Shown piece after piece: positions 51,119 to 62,504 of a stretch of 64,000 nucleotides of DNA. The position numbers and the translations under genes were made by a program. Location of the stretch: the NCBI GenBank assembly GCA_030704615.1, contig CM060733.1, positions 70,370,001 to 70,434,000 on the forward strand, given 5' to 3'. This stretch comes from Takakia lepidozioides. Taxonomy: Eukaryota; Plantae; Bryophyta. Under the pieces are notes generated by a model. It was not told where the DNA came from and made no database searches. It saw only the letters and a list, made by a program, of their open reading frames with translations. How positions within the stretch are numbered: the stretch's first letter is position 1; the number at the start of each line of letters is the position of its first letter.

Positions 51119-51618
51119 NNNNNNNNNNNNNNNNNNNNNNNNNNNNNNNNNNNNNNNNNNNNNNNNNNNNNNNNNNNNNNNNNNNNNNNNNNNNNNNNNN
51201 NNNNNNNNNNNNNNNNNNNNNNNNNNNNNNNNNNNNNNNNNNNNNNNNNNNNNNNNNNNNNNNNNNNNNNNNNNNNNNNNNNNNNNNNNNNNNNNNNNNN
51301 NNNNNNNNNNNNNNNNNNNNNNNNNNNNNNNNNNNNNNNNNNNNNNNNNNNNNNNNNNNNNNNNNNNNNNNNNNNNNNNNNNNNNNNNNNNNNNNNNNNN
51401 NNNNNNNNNNNNNNNNNNNNNNNNNNNNNNNNNNNNNNNNNNNNNNNNNNNNNNNNNNNNNNNNNNNNNNNNNNNNNNNNNNNNNNNNNNNNNNNNNNNN
51501 NNNNNNNNNNNNNNNNNNNNNNNNNNNNNNNNNNNNNNNNNNNNNNNNNNNNNNNNNNNNNNNNNNNNNNNNNNNNNNNNNNNNNNNNNNNNNNNNNNNN
51601 NNNNNNNNNNNNNNNNNN
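51119..51618. other. Assembly gap (500 N)
   Basis: Run of N; the two flanks belong to different elements. Confidence 1.
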
Positions 51619-52008
51619 TTCGCAACGCAGCCGAATGTCTCCATACACTGGAAGAGCGGAGTGATCTGCACGTATATAGTTTTCCCCGGTGCCGTCCTCC
51701 CTGGTCCACTGGCAGCAGTTCCAGCGCCAAAGCGAGGCCGTGCGTGATCTATCCGGCATCCCTTTCCAGCTTGGTATATCGAGGTCAACAATTTTCAGGA
51801 CCCACGGACCGCATTGACCCTCGCCCTCACCTCGCTCAAAGCGGTAATAGCCCTCCAGATACTCCATTGCGCGCAAAGACTCTTGCTTGATTCCAGCAGC
51901 GTCTGTGAAAACAGAGAGCCAGACAATGATGTCTCCTGATTCTGGTTTGAACATAGCATAATCGTGCCCATGATAAGGGCAGTCGGCTGGATTTCGGCGG
52001 CACGACAT
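51619..52008 (-). CDS. Cargo protein X2, second copy (cut by gap)
   Basis: Nearly identical translation to 15047..15625. Confidence 0.75.
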
Positions 52009-52558
52009 TCTTCAAAAAGAGTCGCGGATTACGCTCAATGACAGCAGCTCACGGATGGAGGAGGAGGACCGCGGTGGCTGGAAAAAGTTCAAGCTAACGC
52101 TGCAATTCCTCACAAACACTCCAGGGCACATTTAAATTTCCCCCCTACAGGATCCTGGACCGATGAAGATTGGCTGCTGCATGAATGTAGCCGTTTCAGT
52201 TTCCTACCCTGCCATGCAAACTATGGGCAGTCACTGCCAGGTGGGCCGATAGCCACTGGACACGACGAAGTCCATCCCCTCTTCGATGTAAATGCGGCGC
52301 CGAATTTCCATCCGGGGGGATGGACTTCGGTGGCAGATCTCAAACTATAACTTGTTGATGAGAAAGATGTATGGCTTCATCCACCGCTGACGTGATGAAC
52401 ACGTTCCACCTCCGTCGGTGGGTACGTGTGACCCAGATGCTCCATTATTGGAGGCCGGACTGCTCTTCCGCTTCGTATCATTTCCAAAATCTAAGGGCTT
52501 CATAGCTGTCCGCAAGGTCATCGGCATCCAAGTCGTCCTCAGGTCCTCCTTTGCAAGG

Positions 52559-53122
52559 ATGCCGTGCTTCCGGAACCGGGACGACTGCCCCTTTGGAGGC
52601 ATCGATTATGCAATGTATTCGGCCACATCGGGAGACATTGTTATCTGGTACACAGATTACACAGAAGATACTGGTTCGATTGTGGAAACATTGGTGGCTT
52701 TTGAGTATATCGTAGGCCACTACGCCTTCGAGCGGGGTGACGATCTTGGTCTAAGGAGTCCGTGGCTCCTGCGCATCCTCGATTCCGATTTTCCCAGCTA
52801 CGACGGTCACCCATGCAGAAGAAGGCGCACTGCTATGCTGTTGCGGTGGAACTGCTGCCACTGGACGTGGGTGGACTCCATCGGAGAGACCTATTCTCCT
52901 CGAGGAGTGCGCTCCTCTTCTCCATTGTATGGGGACATTCGCATTGGTGTGGACGACGAAAACGTGAAGATTTCCATATTCGATGGTGGTATGATTGAAG
53001 GGCAGGACATTGTGGTGAACATCACTAGGGGCGGTACAACGGCTGTAATCGACTTTACATGGAGGAGCCCCATGACTCATGAGCTAGTTCTGAGAGCAGT
53101 CGAAGTCCCATTGACAACGTGA
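52559..53122 (+). CDS. Cargo protein X1, second copy
   Basis: Same length as and near-identical to 13927..14490. Confidence 0.75.
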   Translation: MPCFRNRDDCPFGGIDYAMYSATSGDIVIWYTDYTEDTGSIVETLVAFEYIVGHYAFERGDDLGLRSPWLLRILDSDFPSYDGHPCRRRRTAMLLRWNCCHWTWVDSIGETYSPRGVRSSSPLYGDIRIGVDDENVKISIFDGGMIEGQDIVVNITRGGTTAVIDFTWRSPMTHELVLRAVEVPLTT

Positions 53123-54735
53123 CTTGTATTCAGTAGGCACAGGGCTCAAGATTTGATGCACAATCAGCACAGTAGACGTGCTTCAAATGCAATTCATGTG
53201 GATCAATAAAAACCTCATTGTGCCCTCTTTTTATTCTATTCTGTGTCCATCGTTCCGAGAATGCGTCATTGCTCATTTCGTTTGGGATTGGGAGTGTGGG
53301 TGGATTTTGCAAATGGCTGGTAGGCTGAAATGGGCCCCCATTGTACAGAGCAGTACCACCCTACCATTCGCGAAACATTGCCTTTCAATATATAATTCTA
53401 AATAACATTGCCGAACCTCCTTCATCGGGAGGTCCTTCTCCCCCTATGACCGTGGCACCCTAAACCCTATTCCCGCGGACACTCATTTCCAGAAAATAGT
53501 GCTGCTCATGTTTTTTTCCACACTTACGACTCTGCTCATGGCTCATGCCGCTCATGGCTCATGGCTCATGAAATAGCAGCCCCCCTTTGGATCTCTGATA
53601 ACACAGCTAATCAAGCCTCAAGATTTCTCGCAAGAGGCAAAAGCAATGCAGAACAACTGAATGTCTGCATTGACATTCAACAAACTGAAGTGAGGAACCC
53701 TCACTGTAAACTCTATGGACATTACAAAAACTTACATAACTCTGAGGACCTCTCAACAACTCTGGATGTGAATGTCGTCAACGCCATTTAGGGACATTAT
53801 CAATTCTAATCATGGACACTATAATTACACCATAAGCTCCTAATCCCGGTGAATTCAAATTCTCGCTTAAGAATGACTCAGACAAAGAAGTGAATGTCGT
53901 CAACGACATTCAATTTGGATCTATGATTACAATCCTTATGAAGCCAAATTATTTCCCAAAAAGTGCAGTAGAGTTTCCAGTATGATATTGCACATGTACA
54001 CAACTCGCATCATGGCCCACTCTCCTCCAACCTGACTGTCAAAGTCGTTGGACCGTAAAATGTTACCATCTTTGGAGAACTCCCGGAAAAAACAGTATCT
54101 CCATGTGAGACCTCTCCACTTCCTTATGTATGCCTCCAATGACATTTGGGGAGGGGAAACAATCGAAATGTTCAAGTCCTTCAAAGTCTGATCCAGCACA
54201 ATGACGGCGCGCTTTTCGAGCTGCAAATTGTACAATTTCTTCTCTCTGTTTTCATCCTCCAAGTTCTGCCCTTGGGTTTCTTCTTCACTCATGTAACTCA
54301 ACTGCAATGGTGTTGGAGAGTCTGAACTCTCCGTTGGCTCTGCCACATCCTCTCCTCCTTCTTCACCTTCCGTTTCAGAAACTGGAGTTCCTGCTTTTGG
54401 TGTTCCATGCCAACTCTTATCAAAGATTTCTATCAAATCTTTTATCCAGGGATGTACCTCAGATCTTTCACCTCGTGGTTGATCTTCTTCCCGTACCAAT
54501 TCCCTTAATCTTTCTTGCAAAGAAAAAGAAGGAGTGGCATCCAACTCTAGTTCTTCCGGTATGGGTGATGTACTCTCTGATCTTAATGGTGTGAGAGGTC
54601 CAGATGATTCCCCTATGTCTATTCCTCTCTCCCAAAGATATGGATAATTAGCTTTCAGATAACTTTCTCTTTTTGCTGAATATCTCTGGAGTCTAGCTTC
54701 TCTTTCATCACTCATGTCCCATGTCTTTCATTTCT

Positions 54736-55431
54736 TTAATGTGGCAATAACCAAAACTCTCTTCTGTAGTATCTCTCGTATATGCCTGGGTTTCTTTCAA
54801 GCTTCAATGCACCCTTGGCTATACTAGAAGTCTCCGTTACCATATAACCATATGGCAAACAAGTCTGGCAAGTTGTTCTTGGTGTGAGTTTGATCCACAG
54901 AATATCCTTTGGAATCCAATTCTTTACCAGAACAAGCTCCTTATGCATATGAGTATAAACATTCACCTTCCTTTCCTCCCAGCCTTCAAACTCTACTCGC
55001 TTAATGGATAGCAATGCTATCACATAAACCAGTGTTGGTAACCAACGTGCTCTTCCTCTACAGGCCACCTGATAAATCTTTATCACCCCTTTCTCCAAAC
55101 CCCACTCAGGGTCAGCATCATGCACTCTCTTAAGAATGTTTTCTTTACAACCGTCTGGCAATTCCAAGAACCTCTGAAAGAATTGTTTGGACAATCTTTC
55201 TTTCTCAGTTTCACAGGGAATTTGATTCACATCAAATTCTTTAATTCTCCATCCACCATGATCCCACCAGATGCCTGTCACATCTGGTTGTTCATGACCC
55301 AGTTCCCCAGTATGGTCGCCAAATGTCAAGCGGCTTTTACTCACCCATCCCTTCACTATCCGAGGTGGAAACTCCAAGATAGAAGAGTTGGATATCTCTA
55401 AGCACTCAGCCCGCTCAGAACAATCAGTCAT
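54736..55431 (-). CDS. Extra 5' ORF (231 aa) of Tat/Ogre-like element, unknown function
   Basis: Intact and same length as 61788..62483. Confidence 0.6.
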   Translation of the reverse strand: MTDCSERAECLEISNSSILEFPPRIVKGWVSKSRLTFGDHTGELGHEQPDVTGIWWDHGGWRIKEFDVNQIPCETEKERLSKQFFQRFLELPDGCKENILKRVHDADPEWGLEKGVIKIYQVACRGRARWLPTLVYVIALLSIKRVEFEGWEERKVNVYTHMHKELVLVKNWIPKDILWIKLTPRTTCQTCLPYGYMVTETSSIAKGALKLERNPGIYERYYRREFWLLPH

Positions 55432-55954
55432 GACCTGCAGCTAGTGAATCATGGTTGTGCTTCCTATTTGTATTCCTTCTTGCCTTCATGTTATCAATTT
55501 ACCTTACCGTGTATACTGAAGCATCAGATTGCATCAGTATCTATTAAGTTCCAGTTAATCATGCATTCATTCCACAGCTTCACTCATGTCACTCTACACA
55601 GTGTGTTTGTATCGAATAAATATCAGATTATGATTTATCAGGTATCAGGCCAATGCCATGGTGACTCTAATCTGCCCTACCGTATCACTACAGCTCTGCA
55701 GGTAATCAACATCTACTGTTCATCTTTCCTCCTTCTTGCTCCCCGCCTGATCTCCTCTCATGCATGACCCAGAAGCGCTCCCCGTGAAGTGTCATTCTTT
55801 CCGTTGTCGCTCTCCTTATTTGCCCGCAAGCTGTTCTAACCACCTAACTAATTAACCGTCATCCCTGAAGTAACACGTTCCTTCTGCAGATGTCGTTCCC
55901 TCACAGTCGTTCCCTGTCAATGATAACTGTTCCCCATGTACTGTGACAGGTTGT

Positions 55955-56185
55955 GTCAAGCTGTGCCGAGCTGTGACTGGCTGTGTAAGGCTGCGTCGGC
56001 TGTGTCAGGCTGTGTTGGGCTGTGTCGGGCTGTGTTGGCTGTGACGGGCTGTGCGAAACTGTGGCGGCTGTGACTGGTTGTGACGGGATGTGCGAAGCTG
56101 TGGCAGGCTGTGTCGGGCTGTGACTGGCTGTGTTGGGCTGTGTCGGGCTGTGACGGGCTGTGTAAAGCTGTGTCGGGCTGTGTAA
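55955..56185. repeat. GCTGTG/CACAGC minisatellite inside LTR
   Basis: 9-10 bp degenerate tandem units. Confidence 0.85.
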
Positions 56186-56303
56186 CCCCCCTAAAGCCTG
56201 CTGCTGCCACCCCTAAGGCTCCTGTTGGTCTCAGTCTGCACAAAAATTAAGGGTATCCCACAGAACCCGTAAAAGCGTCCAAGTCCCAAGCAGCCCTCTA
56301 ACA

Positions 56304-59300
56304 TGCCCAAGGCACTCAAGGAGGCGGAGGCGCTCACTAGGTGGAGTCCCGCACACCGGGTTGCGGTGGGGGTGGGTCCACGAGGGGTGATGGTAGCTTA
56401 GTGGGTCTTAGTAGGGGTGGCATAGGACTCACCATGGGGCGGAGACCTTGTGGTGGGAGTCGTGGGGAGTCTTGGGACTCATCACGGTCCAATGGGGCCA
56501 TGGTGGGTGGGCCAAGACTCACCGCGACTCATCACCGAGAATCAAGGGTCTTCGTGGTGGTTCGCCATAAAATGACTGGGTTGTTTGTGAAACCCCCGCA
56601 GACAATCACAGAAGTATATATAGGGAGTAGTAACCCCGAGAACGGTGCAAGCCCGTTGGTGACCAAAAACTAGTGAGTAAGTGTGCGAGCCGGAAAGCGC
56701 CCAAGGTGTGGGGAGCTGTTCCGGACTGCCAACAACCAAAAGGAATTTCCACTAGGCCCAAAGTGAGCGAGGGTCTTGTGGAGGAGCAAAGGGGGACCAT
56801 TATGTCCCGGTGAGCAGCCGAAGCTCCGAGTTGGCCCGGCGGCCAGTTTGGGAATTAGGCGCGCGCATCAAAGCGAGTAACTATGACTTGAAGGGGAGCT
56901 TACCAAAGTGAGGTGTGCGACACTTGGTATCAGAGCTTAGAGTTCAGTACGCGATCGTCCTTGAGATCGGCCTCATCATGGGGTCGGGCAAGACAAAGCG
57001 AAAGCGGAACGGCCCGAAAGATGATGATCCTGGTGAGCCCGATGGGGGCGACGTGTCACCGAAGCGACAATTGGAAGAGGTGATTCATGCTTCCGAGGCC
57101 GCTCAAGAACGGGAGGAATTTTGGGAGTCGAAGCCTGAGGACTTCCCAGAGGCTCCACAGACCAACAAATGCCTCCCATGCCAGCAGCCTTTTAGGAAGG
57201 GTTGTTGGCGCAATTTGGCGGGACGTTGAAAGACGTGTTGAGGGCGGCTAATGCCACTTCCACTAAGGCGTGTACATCGACAACATCTTGGTGTACTCGA
57301 AAATAAAGGAAGAGCACCTGGAGCATCTCAAAAGGGTATTCCAGAAATTGCGGGAAGAGAAGCTGTATGCCAAAGCTTCAAAGTGCAAATTCCAAAAGTG
57401 AAGTTCCTAGGGCATGTGATTACACAGGATGGGATCAAAATGGATGACAGAAAGGTGAGGGCAATCTTGGGTCCCGGGAGTGCGATCCTTCCAGCTAGGA
57501 CTCGCCTCCTATTACCGAAAGTATGTGAGAAATTTCGCCAAGATCGTGGGGCCACTGTCAGACCTTCTGTAAGTCCAAGGTATGGGTATGGAACAACTTT
57601 TGTGGCCAAGCTTTTGCCGAGTTGAAGGAGCGGATGGCGAAAGCTCCAGTCCTAAAAATCCCGGAGTTCGACCGTCCATTTGAGATTCATACAGATGCGT
57701 CGGACTTTGCAATTGGGGGTGTGCTCATGCAGGATGGACATCTAGTGGCTTACGAAAGTAAGAAACTGAATGAAGTGGAGCGACGGTGGCTTACGCACGA
57801 GAAATAAATGAAGGCGGTGGTACAGTGCCTTGAGCTTTGGCGCCACTATGTTGGTTCCAACCTGGTCAAGGTGTTCATGGACAATGTCACGGTGAAGTAT
57901 TTTGCCACATAGCCTAAGTTGTCCCCAAAACAACTTAGGTGGCAAGACACTTTGGCAGTGTTTGACGTGGATATCCAGTACAAACCGGGACGAGACAACG
58001 TGTTGACTGATGCTTTAAGTAGAAAGCAACAGCTCATGTTGGTGTGCAGGGGCGAGACGACGCTCCAAAAGAAGATCCGGAAGGCTTATCGAAAGGATGA
58101 GATGGCGAAGTCTGTGATGCGGGACTTGAGGTTGGGGGCTAAATTGCAGTTCCACTTGCACAATGGACTGCTCCGATACAAGCAAAAGCGTCTCTACGTG
58201 CCGAAGGGAGGGATCGGAGATAGTCTCTTGAGAGAATGCCATGATGGCCCGCTTGCGGGCCACGGCGGAGCCAAGTGCACCGCGGCACTCTTGAAGAAAG
58301 AGTATTTCTGGCCCAAACTGAGGGAGGAGGCCGAGGAGTATGTCAAGACATGCACCACATGCCAACAAAACCGGAGCGAGTACAAAAAGCAAGTGTGGCT
58401 GTTACGAGCTTTGCCGATTCCAGAGGGGTCTTGGGAAAGTATCTCAATGGATTTCATGACTGCTTTGCCGCTGTCAAAAGGATTCGATGCAATCACGGTG
58501 GTGGTGGATAGGTTCAGTAAAATGAGCCATTTCATTCCCACCAAGGAGATGGTAACGGTGCAGGAGACGGGACAACTTTACTTCACCCACGTCTTCAAGC
58601 ATCATGGACTCCCAAAGGATATTGTCTCGGACTGCGATCCAAAGTTTACAAGTAAATTTTGGAGAGCACTTTGGAAGAAAATGGGGACGAGGCTCAAGAT
58701 GAGCACGGCCTTCCGACCTACAACGGACGGCCAAACGGAAAGAGTGAATTCCGTGGTGAAGCAGATCTTGCGGAATTATGTGTTGGCAAACTAGTCAGAC
58801 TGGGTGGAGCACTTGGATGCGGCAGAATTCTGTTATAATAACACAAAATAATCCACAACGGGAGTTTCCCCTTTCGTATTGGTCTATGGAAAAGCACCTC
58901 TGGTGCCGACAAGTTGGGCCGCCCAGGACGTTGAGGAACCGGCAGCAACAGCGGTGCTGGAAGAACGCGAACGTTTGTTGGAGCTCGCAAAGTACAACAT
59001 TGCCAAAGCTAGGAAACAATATGAACATCAGGCGAATCGGAAACGGAGGGAAGTTAAGTTTGAGGTAGGCACGGAGGTCTGGTTGAACATCAAGAATTTT
59101 TGACTACCTCCGGAAGTGAGTCCAAAGTTCGTACCTCTATATGCGGGGCCCTTTCGCATCCGAAAGGTTATGAATGAGGATGTGTATGAATTGGAGCTGC
59201 CGGCAAACACCAAGGTGCATCCGGTATTCCACGTTTCCTTTTTTAAGCCTTACTTCAAAGATGAAGCGCGTCCGAATCGACATCATGTGTTGCGTCCGCC

Positions 59301-60047
59301 ACCTGTGCTGTTGGATCATGAAAATCAACCTGAGTACGAGGTGGAGGCAGTGCTTAAGTCCAAAAGGTTCAAGAATCGAGAAACGGAGTATCTCGTGAAA
59401 TGGAAGGGCTATCATCAAGTGGAGGCAACTTGGGTGCGTGCCTCAGAAATAGGAAACGCATCTGAGGCGGTTGCAGCTTTCAAAGGGCGACCTCAAAATC
59501 GGAAGAAGCGTTGATGGGGACATCAAACTTGGATCGTGGGGGAGGAAATGCATGCTTAGTCCGGCTTAGTTAGCTCAGGAATCCGATTGCAAAAACTTGT
59601 GTTGTACAAATTTTGTTTATAAATGAAATGGTTTCCAAATGTTGTGCTTCCTATTTTGTTTGGAATGGTGATGCATGGTATGGTTGACTAATGTGTAGAA
59701 TGCATGCTAGCTTACAAAAGTGGGAGAGGTAAATTGGATTAATCGTGTGTTTGCGCAGTGCCGAAATCGGGTGACTCATATCCAAGGGGCAAGGAAACTT
59801 GCGCCTTCTTTGGGAGTTCACGTGCTAGTGCACACCTGGCGCGTGCGCGTACTATAACTGCGCTACCGAGGGGGTTGTCTTGTAGTGCGGGCTAACGCGG
59901 AAGCTACGTGTTTCCATTCACGTACTATAATCGTGTAACCTCGGGACGAAGTCGTAGTGTGGCTTCGGCGTGTTCCCATACCTCAGGCGTGCATTCCAAG
60001 GCGGACCCAATTGTAGTGATTGGGGCGCACAGTTGATTCAAGGTTAT
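56304..60047 (+). mobile_element. Decayed second chromovirus copy (partial 5' LTR 56304-56922, PBS 56925-56936, gag-to-RT deletion near 57269, RH-IN-chromodomain to 59514)
   Basis: Homology to 24659-31474; multiple stops; truncated on both sides by other insertions. Confidence 0.92.
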
Positions 60048-60799
60048 TGTCGTGCGCATACATATCGCTACACAACTACATCGTTGTCCAGAATCACACA
60101 ACACATGTGCACACCAAACACTAATCCAACCACTAGTCTGCCATTAGTGCAGCCACTAGTCCATCACTAGTCTGCCACTAGCCACCACTAGTGCAGCCAC
60201 TAGTCCAACCACTAGTCTGCCACTAGCCACCACTAGTGCAGCCACTAGTCCACCACTAGGCTGCCACTAGCCACTACTAGTGCAGCCACTAGTCCATCAC
60301 TAGGCTGCCACTAGTCCATCACAATCGCCCCCCTAGCTGTCGCTTAGGTCCCTCTAAGTCCAGGTAGCCACAAGATTTGATAGTGGCCATAGCCTCACAA
60401 AGTCCTCCACCATTGTCCCTACTACACTCAAACTCAATAGATCAAGAGGCCGGGTACAAGAGTTGCCCCATCGTTAGTCGTCGTCTTGCAACCTGTGAAC
60501 TTGAGCCTGAGATCTCGGGTATTAACTCCTATGAGCTTGGCCTCCCATGTCTTGTTAGCTGCCACTAGTCATATCCACTGCCACTATCCCAAGCAGTGTG
60601 GACATAACCAATCTCCATCAGGAACCCTCTCAAGAGGTGCTATCAAGCATCCCATGTGCCAACCTCTTGAGCATCGATCACTCACTAGCATAGTGGCGGC
60701 ACCACGAGCATGCCCACATAGCATGCAACGCAATCCTGCAGGTACCACTGCAAGGTTGGGATCTATCCTCTCATCCACATGTGGAAGGTGACATGGCGC
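60048..60799 (-). mobile_element. 3' end of a PHD-finger-bearing LTR retrotransposon (putative 3' LTR 60048-60323 with CCACTAG repeats)
   Basis: PPT TAGGGGGGCGAT then TG at 60323; CA at 60048 exactly where chromovirus homology stops; PHD ORF 60584..60799. Confidence 0.65.
60584..60799 (-). pseudogene. C-terminal PHD finger of a pol polyprotein
   Basis: CMLC...MLVSDRCSRGWHMGCLIAPLERVPDGDWLCPHC (C4HC3 with the third Cys changed to Ser). Confidence 0.8.
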
Positions 60800-60919
60800 T
60801 GTTAGAGGACTGCCAGGGACTTAGATATTTTTACGGGATCTGAGGAGTACCTTTAATTTTTGCACAGACTGAGACCAACAGGAGCCTTAGGGGTGATAAC
60901 AGCGCACTGTAGAGAGGGG

Positions 60920-61256
60920 TTACACAGCCCGTCACAGCCGACACAGCCATCACAGCCCGTCACAGCCGACATAGCCAACACAGCCCGTCACAGTCATCAC
61001 AGCCGACACAGCCAACACAGCCCGTCACAGTCGTCACAGCCAGTCACAGCCCGTCACAGCCGACACAGCCAACACAGCCAACACAGTCGTCACAGCCGAC
61101 ACAGCCATCACAGCCCGTCACAGCCGACACAGCCAACACAGCCTGTCACAGTCGTCACAACCAGTCACAGCCCAACACAGCCAACCACAGTCGCACAGCC
61201 AGTCACAGCCCGTCACAGTTTCACACAGCCAGTCACAGCTTGACACAGCTGTCACG
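60920..61256. repeat. CACAGC minisatellite inside LTR
   Basis: Tandem CACAGCC(C/G/A) units; longer than in the other copy. Confidence 0.85.
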
Positions 61257-61787
61257 ACCATAGGGAACGGATAGCACGACAGGGAACGACTGTGGGGAAC
61301 AACACCTGCAAATGGAACATGTTAGTTCACGGACGACGGTTAGTGAGGAAACGGTTAGAGCCACGGGTAGGAAGATAAAGGGAGAAGCAAGGACTGAGAA
61401 AAGGATCAATCTTGGAAGCACTGGAGGGGAAGGATTCTTGGTGATGGATGAGAGGGGATCGGGCGGAGAGCAAGAACGAAAGCAAGCATGGAGAGCACGG
61501 TGAAGGAGGAGAGATGATTAGTAAATGCTTGTTATATGCAAAGCTGTAGTGATATTGTAGAGGAGATTAGAGACACAATGGCTTCGGCCTGATACCTGAT
61601 AAATCATAATCTGATACTTATACGATACAATCACACTGTGTAGAGAGATCTGAGTGAAGCTGTGGAATGAATGGATGAGTTGATAAGCAAACTGATACTC
61701 AATTATCAATAGTAAGGTAGCTAGCTAACATGAATGCGGAAAGGAAAACAAATAGGAAACACCCCCATGATACACTAGCTGTAGGTC

Positions 61788-62483
61788 ATGACTGATTGTT
61801 CTGAGCGGGCTGAGTACTTAGAGATGTCCAACTCTTCTATCTTGGAGTTTCCGCCTCGGATAGCGAAGGGATGGATGAGTAAAAGCCGCGCGACATTTGG
61901 CGACCATACTGGGGATCTGGGTCATGAACAACCAGATATGACAGGCATCTGGTGGGATCATGGTGGATGGAGAATTAAAGAATTTGATGTGAATCAAATT
62001 CCTTGTGAAACTGAGAAGGAAAGATTGTCCAAACGATTCTTCCAGAGGTTTTTGGAATTACCGGACGGTTGTAAAGAAAACATTCTTAAGAGAGTGCATG
62101 ATGCTGACCCAGAGTGGGGTCTGGAGAAAGGAGTGATAAAGATTTATCAGGTGGCCTGTAGAGGAAGAGCACGTTGGTTACCAACATTGGTATATGTGAT
62201 AGCATTGCTATCCATTAAGCGAGTAGAGTTTGAAGGCTGGGAGGAAAGAAAAGTGAATGTTTATACTCATATGTATGAAGAGCTTGTACTGGTAAAGAAT
62301 TGGATTCCAAAGGATATTTTGTGGATCAAACTCACACCAAGAACAGCTTTTCAGACTTGTTTGCCATATGGTTATATGGTAACGGAGACTTCAAGTATAA
62401 CCAAGGGTGCATTGAAGCTTGAAAGAAACCCAGGCATATACGAGAGATATTACAGAAGAGAGTTTTGGTTATTGCCACATTAA
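61788..62483 (+). CDS. Extra 5' ORF (231 aa), unknown function
   Basis: Conserved open frame in two diverged copies, directly upstream of gag. Confidence 0.6.
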   Translation: MTDCSERAEYLEMSNSSILEFPPRIAKGWMSKSRATFGDHTGDLGHEQPDMTGIWWDHGGWRIKEFDVNQIPCETEKERLSKRFFQRFLELPDGCKENILKRVHDADPEWGLEKGVIKIYQVACRGRARWLPTLVYVIALLSIKRVEFEGWEERKVNVYTHMYEELVLVKNWIPKDILWIKLTPRTAFQTCLPYGYMVTETSSITKGALKLERNPGIYERYYRREFWLLPH

Positions 62484-62504
62484 AAGAAATGAAAGACATG
62501 GGAC

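Larger units (their letters stand above)
51619..53584 (-). mobile_element. MULE copy 4, left end (inverted), with X1 and partial X2
   Basis: Reverse complement of 13464 to about 15435; TIR ends ...GAAATAGCAGCCCCC at 53584. Confidence 0.92.
54235..56303 (-). mobile_element. Tat/Ogre-like gypsy 5' part (LTR 55324-56303, PBS 55304-55321, extra ORF, truncated gag)
   Basis: Inverted homolog of 60800-62990; TG..CA ends; gag homology stops at ENREKKL. Confidence 0.75.

Noticed and set aside
51002-51791. ORFs spanning the N gap
   Set aside because: Artefacts of translating N; the flanks are unrelated elements
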